64,000 nt of DNA from positions 23,604 through 87,603 of the forward strand of contig JAJZCM010000003.1 in the NCBI GenBank assembly GCA_021846045.1, read 5' to 3'. Origin of the DNA: a bacterium (GTDB taxonomy: Bacteria; Elusimicrobiota; Elusimicrobia; UBA1565; UBA9628). Position numbers and translations under genes: made by a program. Of the stretch, positions 28,486 to 38,165 are shown piece after piece; within the stretch, counting starts at the first letter, position 1; the number at the start of each line of letters is the position of its first letter. The notes beneath the pieces were generated by a model. It searched no databases. It was given only the letters and a program-made list of their open reading frames with translations, and was not told where the DNA came from.

Positions 28486-29196
28486 TTAACTCCTCATTAA
28501 AAGGAGGCTTCCCTCAAAAAGAAGGATCGAAAACGCGGCAAGCGCGATTTGAGACACTGGGTCGGGAGTGACGAAAATCGGAAGGGCGAAGCAAGCCAGA
28601 TAAATTTGCCGCCAATATCCCCTTAAGAGCGATTTTTTGAGAAGGCCGGCGTGGTTGAGCGCATAAAGAATTAGCGGAAATTGAAAGAGGATCCCGCAAC
28701 CGAACATCAGGTGAACGACAAAGCGCAAATAATGTTCAAGGCCGATCAAGGGCTTGATTCGGGGCGTTCGGTAAGCGAGTAGAAATTTAAGCGCGGCGGG
28801 AACGGCGACAAAGAAGGCCAAGGCGGAGCCAACGAGAAAAAGAAAATAGGAAATAGGGAGCATCGTCAAAATTCGTTTTTTCCAAGGTTTGGAGAGGGCC
28901 GGGGCCGCGAAAAGATAGGCTTGTCCCAAAATAAGAGGCAAAGTCAAGATAAGGCCTGCAAAAGATGCAACTTCAAGACGGGTAAAGAAAGCTTCGGTCG
29001 GGCTCATAAAGACCAGATATCCCGCGGGTCTTGCCAAAAACGAGAGCAGGGGGCCTGAAAAATAAAATCCCACAACGATGCCGACGGAAAGGATGGCGAC
29101 GGAAATGGTGACTCTTCTTCTTAATTCATCAAGATGCGATAAAAATGGCATCGTCGCGTCTTTTTTGAGGGGCGCTTCAAGAACCTCGACGTTCAT
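28486..29196 (-). CDS. tatC: Twin-arginine translocase TatC
   Basis: MPFLSHLDELRRR, PTEAF, FQFP, TPDPVSQ. Confidence 0.92.
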   Translation of the reverse strand: MNVEVLEAPLKKDATMPFLSHLDELRRRVTISVAILSVGIVVGFYFSGPLLSFLARPAGYLVFMSPTEAFFTRLEVASFAGLILTLPLILGQAYLFAAPALSKPWKKRILTMLPISYFLFLVGSALAFFVAVPAALKFLLAYRTPRIKPLIGLEHYLRFVVHLMFGCGILFQFPLILYALNHAGLLKKSLLRGYWRQIYLACFALPIFVTPDPVSQIALAAFSILLFEGSLLLMRS

Positions 29197-29579
29197 TGGG
29201 AAAAGATCGCCTCTTCCTTGCCCTCAAACCACGGAAGGCGCACAACCTGGATTCCTAGGGTTTTGACTAGGCGTTCCGTTTCCTCATCCGGAAGCTTTTG
29301 ATCATATCCCAGGGCAAGAATATCGGGTTTTTCTTCAAGGAGAGACTTGGCAAAGCTGTTTTCTTCGCCCACCCGGATGGAATCGGCGATTTCTAGATCC
29401 TTGAGCCACTTAAGCCTAATTTGAGCCGGAACGGCGGTGGGCTTTTTGTTGTGGCTGTCGCTGGATAAAACCACAACCAACTCATCTCCGAGGCTTCGCG
29501 CTTCTTTGAGCATCTTGAGATGGGCTTTGTGAACGCGGTTAAAACATCCGGCGGTGAAAACTTTGCGTTTAGCGCTCAA
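29193..29579 (-). CDS. Cytidylyltransferase-like (TagD/RibL-type) nucleotidyltransferase
   Basis: GCFNRVHKAH (HxGH-like), GDELVVVLSSD, KPDILALGYDQ. Confidence 0.8.
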   Translation of the reverse strand: MSAKRKVFTAGCFNRVHKAHLKMLKEARSLGDELVVVLSSDSHNKKPTAVPAQIRLKWLKDLEIADSIRVGEENSFAKSLLEEKPDILALGYDQKLPDEETERLVKTLGIQVVRLPWFEGKEEAIFSQ

Positions 29580-29770
29580 GGTTTCGGGAGGGCGTCCTGA
29601 ACCTTGGCCGCTTCAATTTTTTTGTCGTCTTCCAAGCCTTCTTTGAGGCCTTGCTTGAACATATTCACCGCGCGTCCGCATTGCTTGGCAAATTCCGGAA
29701 TCTTGTTGGGGCCAAACAAAACCAGCGCTACGATTAAAACAACTAGAATTTCTCCAAAAGAAAGATCCAT
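29576..29770 (-). CDS. tatA: Twin-arginine translocase TatA
   Basis: EILVVLIVALVLFGPNKIPE...FKQG. Confidence 0.9.
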   Translation of the reverse strand: MDLSFGEILVVLIVALVLFGPNKIPEFAKQCGRAVNMFKQGLKEGLEDDKKIEAAKVQDALPKP

Positions 29771-29830
29771 GTCATTCCTCCAAAGAGACGGTGGGACAGT
29801 TCCCGCCTCTTTTATATATCATATCACGAA

Positions 29831-30547
29831 ATGGAGCCTAAGAGCCGGTCCCCGTGGCACGGATTGCGAACCCTTGGAGTCGCGATGGCGGCGTTTTTCT
29901 TGGGGGCCTGCTCGAATAAAAAAATAGAGGGGGGAAGCGGGCGCGCCTATTACCAGGCTTTGAATTGCCAGGTCTGCCACCGAATTGGAACGGAGGGCGG
30001 CGCCCAAAAAGGTCCGGACCTTTCTTTCGTCGGTTTTCGAAAAAGCGCCGATTGGCTGAACCTTTGGCTTAAGAATCCCCAGGCATGGAAGCCGCAAACG
30101 CCGATGCCCAACTTCCATTTGTCCTCATCCGCGCGAAAAGCCTTGGCGGGGTATTTATCGAGCTTGAAAGGCCAGGTTTGGGATGATCACCGCCCGTGGA
30201 ATACTCCGGAGCTTCTCCGCAATCCGGTTTTACGCGGGCACATGATTTATATCCGAGTCGGATGCGTGACTTGCCATGGAATTGAAGGCGTCGGCGGGTA
30301 CCCTGACAATAATGTGGTTGGGGGGCTCATCCCGCCGCTTGATTCTGTGTCCCAATCATTTACTAAAAAAGAATTAGTTCAAAAAATAAAATTTGGAGCG
30401 ATTCCCCAAAAAGCGGGTCCCAAAGGCCCAGCGCCGCTTCTTCAAATGCCTGCTTGGGGGCAAGTCCTTGGCGACGGCGAAATTTCTGCGGTCGCTGATT
30501 ATCTGCTTTCGCTTAAATCCAAAAAATCTTCGTCCGGAAATTGGTAG
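29831..30547 (+). CDS. Di-heme c-type cytochrome lipoprotein
   Basis: Lipobox LGAC; CQVCH and CVTCH; MPNF and MPAW axial Met motifs. Confidence 0.88.
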   Translation: MEPKSRSPWHGLRTLGVAMAAFFLGACSNKKIEGGSGRAYYQALNCQVCHRIGTEGGAQKGPDLSFVGFRKSADWLNLWLKNPQAWKPQTPMPNFHLSSSARKALAGYLSSLKGQVWDDHRPWNTPELLRNPVLRGHMIYIRVGCVTCHGIEGVGGYPDNNVVGGLIPPLDSVSQSFTKKELVQKIKFGAIPQKAGPKGPAPLLQMPAWGQVLGDGEISAVADYLLSLKSKKSSSGNW

Positions 30548-30561
30548 GATGAAACCCTGAT

Positions 30562-31185
30562 ATGGCGATTGCAAGCTTGCGCGGGCGGGTGATTGGCTCC
30601 GAGAATGAGCGCTTGGTGCTGGAGGTCTCGGGGGTAGGCTATGAGGTTTTTGTTTTTCGGGGGGTTTTAGATCGGATTCGAGAAAAAGGAGAAAATGAGA
30701 CTTTATTCCAAATCGTATCCGTGTCCGGAATGTACGGCGGCGGAGAAACCCTGTATGGATTTTTAACGGCGGAAGAAAAAGAGGTTTTTCTCCTTTTTAA
30801 GGATAATATTCCCGGCGCCGGAGCCAAGAAGGCTATGGAGTATGTGGAAAAAGCCTCGAAATCCTTTCCTGATTTTCGGCGCGCCATTATCGAAAAAGAT
30901 TCTAAAGTCTTGGGCGGAATTTTCGGGTTTACCGCTAAGACCGCTGATAAACTCATTGCCGGGCTTAAAGATAAGATAGGAGAATTGTCTCTGTCTGGTT
31001 CTGAAAAAATGCGCTATTCTCAAATGCCGGCGGATGGGGCGCTATCCCAAGCGCTCAGCGCCTTGTCGGCTTTGGGATATAAAAACATGGAAGCGCGAAC
31101 GGCCTTGCAGGCCGTCATTGATGAAAACGGGGCGGCGCATTTGGGAGCGGAAGAAATTGTTCGCCTAGCGCTTAAGAAACTTTAA
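30562..31185 (+). CDS. ruvA: Holliday junction DNA-binding protein RuvA
   Basis: IASLRG, GVGYEV, LYGF, ALSALGY; precedes ruvB. Confidence 0.92.
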   Translation: MAIASLRGRVIGSENERLVLEVSGVGYEVFVFRGVLDRIREKGENETLFQIVSVSGMYGGGETLYGFLTAEEKEVFLLFKDNIPGAGAKKAMEYVEKASKSFPDFRRAIIEKDSKVLGGIFGFTAKTADKLIAGLKDKIGELSLSGSEKMRYSQMPADGALSQALSALSALGYKNMEARTALQAVIDENGAAHLGAEEIVRLALKKL

Positions 31186-32216
31186 TGAATGATTCTTCGG
31201 ATTCTGTTTTGACTCCCGAAACATCGGCGGGAGAAGAGGTTTTCGATAGGGCCCTTCGCCCTAAGACCTTGGAGGAGTTCATCGGCCAAGAAAAGCTGAA
31301 GGCGAATTTGAGGGTCTTTATCGAGGCCGCGCGTAAACGCAAGGAACCCTTGGACCACTGTTTGTTTTATTCTCCGCCGGGATTGGGAAAGACGACGTTA
31401 TCCTACATTTTGGCGCGGGAAATGGGCGTTAATTTGAGGACTTCCTCCGGACCCATTTTGGAGCGTGCCGGGGATTTGGCCGCTCTTTTGACCGATTTAA
31501 GCGAAGGCGACATTTTTTTTATCGATGAAATCCACCGCTTAAATGCGGTTGTGGAAGAGGCCTTGTATCCCGTGATGGAGGATTTCACATTTTTTGTTTC
31601 AACCGGCAAGGGCCCTTCCGCCTCAACCTTGAAATTAGCGGTTCCGCGTTTTACCTTGGTAGGGGCAACGACGAGGGCAGGGCTTTTGACTGGGCCCTTG
31701 CGGGATCGCTTCGGTATCGTCGGAAATCTTGGTTTTTATGATAATGGAGAACTCGAAAAAATCATTCTCCGGAGCGCGGGAATTTTAAAGATTCGCGTGC
31801 TGGATGAGGGGGCTTCCGAAATCGCGCGTCGCTGTCGTCAAACGCCTAGAATCGCCAACCGTATTTTGCGCCGCGTGCGGGATTTCGCCGACATCAAAGG
31901 CCGGGGGTTGATTGACGGTCCCATCGCCCGCTATGCGCTGGACGCTCTTGAAGTCGACAACGCGGGCCTGGATGCGATTGATCGCCGCCTTCTTCTTGCG
32001 TTGATTGAAAAATTTTCCGGAGGGCCGGTCGGCCTTGAGAACTTGGCGATTGCCATTGGGGAAGAGTTGGACACTTTAACAGATGTTGTTGAGCCTTTTT
32101 TGATCCAATCCGGATTCATGTCGCGCACCCCTAGAGGGAGAGTCGCCGCTCAAAAAGCTTACCGGCATTTGAATTTCCCCGTTCCTTCCACGCAACAAGA
32201 TGCCGGACTTTTTTAA
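31185..32216 (+). CDS. ruvB: Holliday junction branch migration helicase RuvB
   Basis: [41 protein letters not shown]. Confidence 0.98.
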   Translation: MNDSSDSVLTPETSAGEEVFDRALRPKTLEEFIGQEKLKANLRVFIEAARKRKEPLDHCLFYSPPGLGKTTLSYILAREMGVNLRTSSGPILERAGDLAALLTDLSEGDIFFIDEIHRLNAVVEEALYPVMEDFTFFVSTGKGPSASTLKLAVPRFTLVGATTRAGLLTGPLRDRFGIVGNLGFYDNGELEKIILRSAGILKIRVLDEGASEIARRCRQTPRIANRILRRVRDFADIKGRGLIDGPIARYALDALEVDNAGLDAIDRRLLLALIEKFSGGPVGLENLAIAIGEELDTLTDVVEPFLIQSGFMSRTPRGRVAAQKAYRHLNFPVPSTQQDAGLF

Positions 32217-33348
32217 AAAAATTATCAAAATTAGCCGCTTTGTATTAATCGCGGTTTTTTTTATCCATTTGAACGCTTGGTCGCATGAACGAGCCATTCG
32301 CGTGGGAATTGTTCCGCAAGCGGATTCATTCGTTTTTATTCCAAAAGGTCATTACCAAACAGTTGATTTCTTGGGGCGCCCAAAGACCCTCATTGACGGA
32401 AAGACTTACACGGTCAAGCCGTCGGCAAAGCTCTTATCCTTGGACTTGTGGACCTTGCCGGCCAATGCGTGGTTTCGAAGTCAAGATCCCAACGCGGCTT
32501 TATGGATCGGCAATAGGCGCTATCCGGGAAATTTTCTCATCCTTTTAAATTCCAATAAGACGGTCACGGGGATTGAAATTCTTGGGATTGAGACTTATTT
32601 GTTGGGCGTTGTCGGGCATGAAATGGACGGGTCTTGGCCGCTCGAGGCTTTAAAGGCCCAGGCGGTGGTGGCCCGGACGTTCGCGTATTTTCAGCTTGAA
32701 AAATCTCACCCGCATGGTTACGATCTTGGAGACGACGCGGGATATCAAATGTACGGCGGCGTCAAAGAGACGCCGAAAAATATTATTTTGGCGGTTAAAG
32801 AAACGGAGGGCGAGGTTTTAGGATACAAAGGAAAGTTGTTGAGCGTCTACTATCATTCCTGCTGCGGGGGCCACACTGCGGATGCGGGATGGGTGTGGGG
32901 GCTTAAGCATACGCCTCGACCCTTGAGGGGAGTTTCAGATCCCTACTGTAAATTTTCCCCTTATTACCGCTGGAAGATTTTTTTTAGATCTGATGAAATC
33001 AAGGCGGCCCTCGAAAGTCGCCGTCTTTTAGGCGGAGCGCTTAATTTTTTCGGCCTTGGGTCCGAGAAATACGACTACGTAAAAAATTTCAAGGCGCAGA
33101 TTGGAACGACCCATTTGGTCGTTGGCGCGAACCGTTTTCGGTTGGCTTTGGGAGCTTCCAGCCTTAAGAGCGTGAGGATTTTTGGTATGGAAAAGGAAGG
33201 TAATGGCGTGGAATTTTCCGGAGGGGGCTCCGGACACGGGGTCGGCTTGTGCCAGTGGGGGGCGCGCGGGCAAGCGGCGCGCGGCAGAAGCTATGAAAAG
33301 ATACTGAAATTTTATTTTCCGGGCTCGGTTCTTTCTGTCGTCGAGTGA
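32200..33348 (+). CDS. SpoIID/LytB domain protein
   Basis: [32 protein letters not shown]. Confidence 0.92.
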   Translation: MPDFFKKIIKISRFVLIAVFFIHLNAWSHERAIRVGIVPQADSFVFIPKGHYQTVDFLGRPKTLIDGKTYTVKPSAKLLSLDLWTLPANAWFRSQDPNAALWIGNRRYPGNFLILLNSNKTVTGIEILGIETYLLGVVGHEMDGSWPLEALKAQAVVARTFAYFQLEKSHPHGYDLGDDAGYQMYGGVKETPKNIILAVKETEGEVLGYKGKLLSVYYHSCCGGHTADAGWVWGLKHTPRPLRGVSDPYCKFSPYYRWKIFFRSDEIKAALESRRLLGGALNFFGLGSEKYDYVKNFKAQIGTTHLVVGANRFRLALGASSLKSVRIFGMEKEGNGVEFSGGGSGHGVGLCQWGARGQAARGRSYEKILKFYFPGSVLSVVE

Positions 33349-33469
33349 AGACGGATTTTTTTGATTTTTTTGACCCTTGCCTCTTGAATCTTCGTTTTAG
33401 TTCTGTTAATCTGTTGGAGTCATTGGCTGGGCAAGGGTTTCAAGTGTTTAAAGAAAGGGGAGGACTGTT

Positions 33470-33901
33470 ATGAACTATCATTTAAAGCGAATTAATCCGT
33501 ATTGGCACAATCACCCGATGATTCCCACGGGGGTCGCTGTGGGGGCCATTTGCGCAGCTATGGGTTTTGCCGCCCAGCGCCCCGCTATTGAAATTATAGG
33601 CGTGGCCATCGCGGGCTTGTCTCTCTTTGTGGCCGTTAAGCCTGTTTTTTCCCTTTTGTTTTGTCTCATCGGGCTTTTTGGGGGCGTCAGCACGTTTCTA
33701 ATCGCCCCCGGCCTCAATGCCGACAGCTTGACGGCTCCTCTTAAATTTGTCTCCATCATTCTCTTCACCGCTTTTTATGCGGCGTTGATGGATGCGATGC
33801 TCTTGGTCGTGGCGGTGATTTACAATTTTTTGGTGGGCCCGGGCGGTCTTTCGGGTCTCCATATCGAATTATCCGAAGCGGAGGCGGAGGAAGAGGCATA
33901 G
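33470..33901 (+). CDS. Hypothetical membrane protein
   Basis: Strong SD (GGAGG), about 4 TM segments. Confidence 0.7.
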   Translation: MNYHLKRINPYWHNHPMIPTGVAVGAICAAMGFAAQRPAIEIIGVAIAGLSLFVAVKPVFSLLFCLIGLFGGVSTFLIAPGLNADSLTAPLKFVSIILFTAFYAALMDAMLLVVAVIYNFLVGPGGLSGLHIELSEAEAEEEA

Positions 33902-34726
33902 ATGAAAATCAACGCCATTTACGCCTCGCGCGAGCCTAATCGCGCGGCTGTTTTAGTCGAAGCGTTATCGGCGAATCAATTTTCGGTTTCCATTGCGCAA
34001 AAATCCAAGGAGGTTTTGGATCAACTCTCCAAACAGAACGCCGGTCTTCTCTTGATTGGGGAAAAGTTGACGGATTTAGACGGGGTTGCGTTCGTAAAAA
34101 ATTTAAGGACGAAGGGGCCGTACAAGCAAATGCCGGTCGTTGCCGTGGTCGAACACGGGGAAGCCCAGGCGGCGGCGCCGCAGCGAAGCGCTTATGCCGC
34201 TTTTGGGAAAAAGCCCGTGGACGCGATTCGCGTTAAATTTTCCAGCGAGGCGGCGGCCAATGGCGCGGCCGCGCCCGGATCTTCCCAGGCCGTCATCCGT
34301 CTTGCATTTTTTAACGCGGGAGCGGATGAGTGCTTGTCGCTTAATTGGGACGCTGCGGAGTGCGTGGCCCGCATTAAGGCGCTTCTTCGACGCACCCAAA
34401 CAACGCCTTCCGAAGAAATCATTAAGATGGGAATAATCGAGCTTAATTTGACGAGCTATACCCTCCATATCAGCGGGAAAAAGGTCAATTTGACTTCCAA
34501 GGAACTCGATTTACTTTATGTTTTTTTAAGCTCATCTAATCGCGTTCTGAGCCGCCCCTATTTAATTGAGCGCGTTTGGGGTTATAACTATTTCGGCTCC
34601 CCTCGAACGGTGGATGTTCATGTGAGGCGCTTACGGGAAAAATTGGGTTCCGCGGCGAAATATGTGACGACTATTCCCTGCGTGGGCTACAAACTGATTC
34701 CACCAGGTTCCGAAATGCGGAGGTAG
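33902..34726 (+). CDS. OmpR/PhoB-family regulator with degenerate receiver domain
   Basis: Winged helix LTSKELDLL...RTVDVHVRRLREKL; receiver lacks the canonical Asp and Lys. Confidence 0.85.
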   Translation: MKINAIYASREPNRAAVLVEALSANQFSVSIAQKSKEVLDQLSKQNAGLLLIGEKLTDLDGVAFVKNLRTKGPYKQMPVVAVVEHGEAQAAAPQRSAYAAFGKKPVDAIRVKFSSEAAANGAAAPGSSQAVIRLAFFNAGADECLSLNWDAAECVARIKALLRRTQTTPSEEIIKMGIIELNLTSYTLHISGKKVNLTSKELDLLYVFLSSSNRVLSRPYLIERVWGYNYFGSPRTVDVHVRRLREKLGSAAKYVTTIPCVGYKLIPPGSEMRR

Positions 34727-34731
34727 CGAAC

Positions 34732-35118
34732 ATGACGAAACAAAATCATTCCAAGCTTTTGGTTATTGACGACGACGCTCATCTGCGCGAAAGTCTGGCC
34801 GAGGTTTTGGAATTGGACGGCTTTGAGTGTTCCTTGGCCGGAACGGCCAAGACGGGTCTTGAATGCGCGGCGAAGATCAACCCCGATATCGTCATCATGG
34901 ATATTCAATTGCCGGATTCTTCCGGGTTTCAGATATGCCAAGAATTGCGTAAGCGTTCTAAAACGACGATCTTGATCATGATGACGGGGCGCTTTTTGTC
35001 ATTGGACGAGAAAAAACAAGGTTTTGCTCTGGGGGCGGATGATTATCTGACAAAACCCTTTGATATCGTCGAACTTTCCGCGCGGATTCGACAAATGTTA
35101 ACTCGCCGGAAGGGATAG
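34732..35118 (+). CDS. Single-domain response regulator
   Basis: VIDDD, MDIQLPD, GADDYLTKPF. Confidence 0.92.
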   Translation: MTKQNHSKLLVIDDDAHLRESLAEVLELDGFECSLAGTAKTGLECAAKINPDIVIMDIQLPDSSGFQICQELRKRSKTTILIMMTGRFLSLDEKKQGFALGADDYLTKPFDIVELSARIRQMLTRRKG

Positions 35119-35145
35119 TTAGGGTCAAGGACCCCTAGCGGCCTC

Positions 35146-37026
35146 ATGCCATTACCCTCTCAAAGAGGCAGACTTGCCTACAAGATTCTCCTCTGGTTTT
35201 TGATCATTTCCCTGATCCCGATGGGAGTCGCGGGTCTCTACTTGATTGATATTTCCCAGGCTTCCCTCCATCAGCAAATTTTGGGAACGGAGAAATCCTT
35301 GGCCCAAAGTTTTGCCGAAACGGTTTATAAATATATCGCGACCTATCGGGATATTTTGGAAGAATCTGCGGCATTGCCCCAATTTGCTTCTGGAAATAAG
35401 TCGGAAGAGCAATTTTATCTGAAGCATCTGATGAGTCTTCATGTCGCTATTCTTGAACTTTCCGTTCTGGATTCTTCTGGGCATGAAGTCATTCGAGAAG
35501 GGCGGTTCCTCGGGCCTAACCCGCAATTGCGCAACATGGAATCCGAGGGGTTTTTTGATACGGCTTTGGCCAGAGGGGAATTTATCGGCGCTCTTAAAAG
35601 GTTTCAAGGCATTTACCCGACGGTGACGATTGCGGTTTCCATTGGATCCGCGAAATCTGGGAAAATTCCGTCCGGGATATTGGCCGCGAAAATCAGCCTC
35701 AACGGACTTTCCTCCATGCTGTCGATGGAGTTTCCGCCTTCCAGCGCAACCTCGGCCGCCGTTGCCGCTCCAGATGGATTTTTAATCGCCCATTCCGATC
35801 CGGAAAAAGTCTATAAGCCTGATGCGCGCTTAAACAGTGAAATCCTGAAAATCCTTACGACCCAGGTCGCCGATTCCGGCGGCGGGGAAATGACTCTTTC
35901 AAACGGCCAAAGCTTTTTAAGCGCTTATGCCGACGTCAACGGTTTGGATTGGATCGTCTACGTTCAGGAATCCATTCAAGCCGCTTATCACACGGCCGCT
36001 CGAATGCGCTCTCAAATTCTGCGGCTTTTGATTTGGGTCATCATCGCTATTATCGTTTTATCCTTGGCTGTTTCCAGGCACATCACGCAGCCATTGCGCG
36101 CTCTTAAGGACGCCGCGCGGAAAGTGGGGATGGGCCAATTCGAGGATTTTCCAGAAGTGTTGACGACCAACGATGAAATAGGGGACTTGGCTCAGGCGTT
36201 TTTGTCCATGAGCGAGTCCTTAAAAGAGAAGACTGGCGAACTCGTCGACACCAAACAGGAGCTTGAGCGCTTGAACCGGACCCTTGAAAAACGGGTCGAA
36301 GCGCGCACGCGGGAGCTTAAAGCGGCCCAAGAAGAGCTCATTAAAAAAGAGCGTTTAGCCGCGATCGGGCAAATGGCTTCCGTGGTCGGACATGAGATCC
36401 GAAATCCGCTGGCCGTCATTAATAATTCCATCTACTTCATCAAAACAAAGTTGGCTTCCGTCTTGTCTCAAGACCCGAAAGTTTCCAAACATGTAAAAAT
36501 TATCGAGTCCGAGATTCAGCAAGCGAACGGGATTATCAACGAAATATTGACCTATTCAAGACAGCGCGAGCTTCAGCCTGAACCGGTTAGGCTCAATGAT
36601 TGGCTGGAAGAACTATTGTCGGTTTATCCGTTTCCGCCGCATATTACGCTTCAGAAAATTTTTGTTCCGTCGAATCCTCCGGTTGAGATTGATTTAACTG
36701 AAATGCAGCAGGCGCTTAGAAATCTAATTGGAAACGCTATTGAGGTGATGCCGGAAAAGGGAATTTTGGGTGTGAAGACCTTTTTGTCCCAAGCCAATAT
36801 GGCGGCGATTGAAATTTCAGATACCGGCCCCGGCATTCCGCAGGAAACATTGGAAAAAATATTTGCTCCGTTTTTTACCACCAAAGCTCGCGGGACGGGC
36901 TTGGGGCTTGCGGTCGTCAAAAAAGTAATTGATCGCCATGGAGGGAAAGTTGAGGTGGCAAGCATCGTCGGTCGAGGCACTGTTTTTCGCCTTCATATTC
37001 CCATTTCTCAAAAGGTTGAGGCATGA
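35146..37026 (+). CDS. Sensor histidine kinase (Cache-HAMP-HisKA-HATPase)
   Basis: Two TMs, HAMP, HEIRNPL, NLIGNA, DTGPGI, GTGLGL. Confidence 0.93.
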   Translation: MPLPSQRGRLAYKILLWFLIISLIPMGVAGLYLIDISQASLHQQILGTEKSLAQSFAETVYKYIATYRDILEESAALPQFASGNKSEEQFYLKHLMSLHVAILELSVLDSSGHEVIREGRFLGPNPQLRNMESEGFFDTALARGEFIGALKRFQGIYPTVTIAVSIGSAKSGKIPSGILAAKISLNGLSSMLSMEFPPSSATSAAVAAPDGFLIAHSDPEKVYKPDARLNSEILKILTTQVADSGGGEMTLSNGQSFLSAYADVNGLDWIVYVQESIQAAYHTAARMRSQILRLLIWVIIAIIVLSLAVSRHITQPLRALKDAARKVGMGQFEDFPEVLTTNDEIGDLAQAFLSMSESLKEKTGELVDTKQELERLNRTLEKRVEARTRELKAAQEELIKKERLAAIGQMASVVGHEIRNPLAVINNSIYFIKTKLASVLSQDPKVSKHVKIIESEIQQANGIINEILTYSRQRELQPEPVRLNDWLEELLSVYPFPPHITLQKIFVPSNPPVEIDLTEMQQALRNLIGNAIEVMPEKGILGVKTFLSQANMAAIEISDTGPGIPQETLEKIFAPFFTTKARGTGLGLAVVKKVIDRHGGKVEVASIVGRGTVFRLHIPISQKVEA

Positions 37027-38165
37027 CGGAATCAAAAGTTCGCATTTTGATCGTCGATGACGACCCGCATATTCGCGAGTCTTTGTTTGACGTTCTTGAA
37101 GATGCCGGCTACGAGGTTTTTAAGGCATCCGGAGAAAAAGAGGCTTTGTCCGAGGTCCGAACGCATTCCTTTGACGTGATCCTGATGGATTATAACTTGC
37201 CGAACTCAACCGGAATCCAGGTCATCAAGAAAATCAGAAAAATCGATTTGAAAAGCCAGATATTGATGCTGACGGCGGATCGGACTCAAGAAACCGCGGT
37301 CATGGCCATTCAGGAATCCGTGGCGGATTTTTTGGTCAAGCCGGTCGACGTCGATCACCTCAAACACGCGATTTCAAACTCTCTGGAAAAATTGCGCCTG
37401 ATGCGGGAAAACGAGCGGATGTCTCTTGAATTGAAAAAAACCAACGAGAACTTGGAACATTTAGACCGGATGAAATCCAAGTTCCTTTCGATGTCTTCGC
37501 ATGATTTGTCGAACGCCTTGATGGCCCTTCAGGCCAGCTTCGAACTTCTTTCTCAAACAATCAATCCCTCCGAAGAACAGAAGAAAAGAATGACCGCGAT
37601 TTCTTCGAGCATTAGTCAGTTGACCCGCTTGACTGCCGATCTGGTCGATTGGGCTTCCATTGAAAACGGAAAATTCAGGATTGAGCGGGAAATGTGCAGG
37701 CCGGAGATCCTTTTGCAGGAAATTCTTCCGGGCTCTCAAGCGCGGGCGCAGGCGCGGGGGATTAAGTTCACGGAAAAAATAGAAAAGTCCTTGCCCGACA
37801 TCTACGCCGATAAAAGACGCATTTCCCAGGTTCTCAATAATTTGCTTGAAAATGCCATTCGCTATACTTCGAAGGGCGGGGAAATTTCAGTTTATGCGAT
37901 GCGGGCCTTAAATGAAAACTCAAAACCCGCCATTCGATTCGGAGTGAAGGACTCCGGAGATGGAATTTTGCCGACCGAACTCAATAAAATTTTTCAGAGC
38001 TTCTATCAAGGCCCGGATGCTTCGAAGGGTGGACGTCTCGGCTTGGGATTGGCCACCTCGAAAGAAATCATCGAAGCCCATGACGGGAAAATGGGCGTTG
38101 AAAGCGAGGGCATTGGCCACGGCGCGACCTTCTTTTTTACGATTCCAACCTCGAAAAATTCATGA
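37023..38165 (+). CDS. Receiver-histidine kinase hybrid
   Basis: N-terminal REC (IVDDD, MDYNLP, KP); SHDL H-box; NLLENA; GLGL. Confidence 0.92.
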   Translation: MTESKVRILIVDDDPHIRESLFDVLEDAGYEVFKASGEKEALSEVRTHSFDVILMDYNLPNSTGIQVIKKIRKIDLKSQILMLTADRTQETAVMAIQESVADFLVKPVDVDHLKHAISNSLEKLRLMRENERMSLELKKTNENLEHLDRMKSKFLSMSSHDLSNALMALQASFELLSQTINPSEEQKKRMTAISSSISQLTRLTADLVDWASIENGKFRIEREMCRPEILLQEILPGSQARAQARGIKFTEKIEKSLPDIYADKRRISQVLNNLLENAIRYTSKGGEISVYAMRALNENSKPAIRFGVKDSGDGILPTELNKIFQSFYQGPDASKGGRLGLGLATSKEIIEAHDGKMGVESEGIGHGATFFFTIPTSKNS

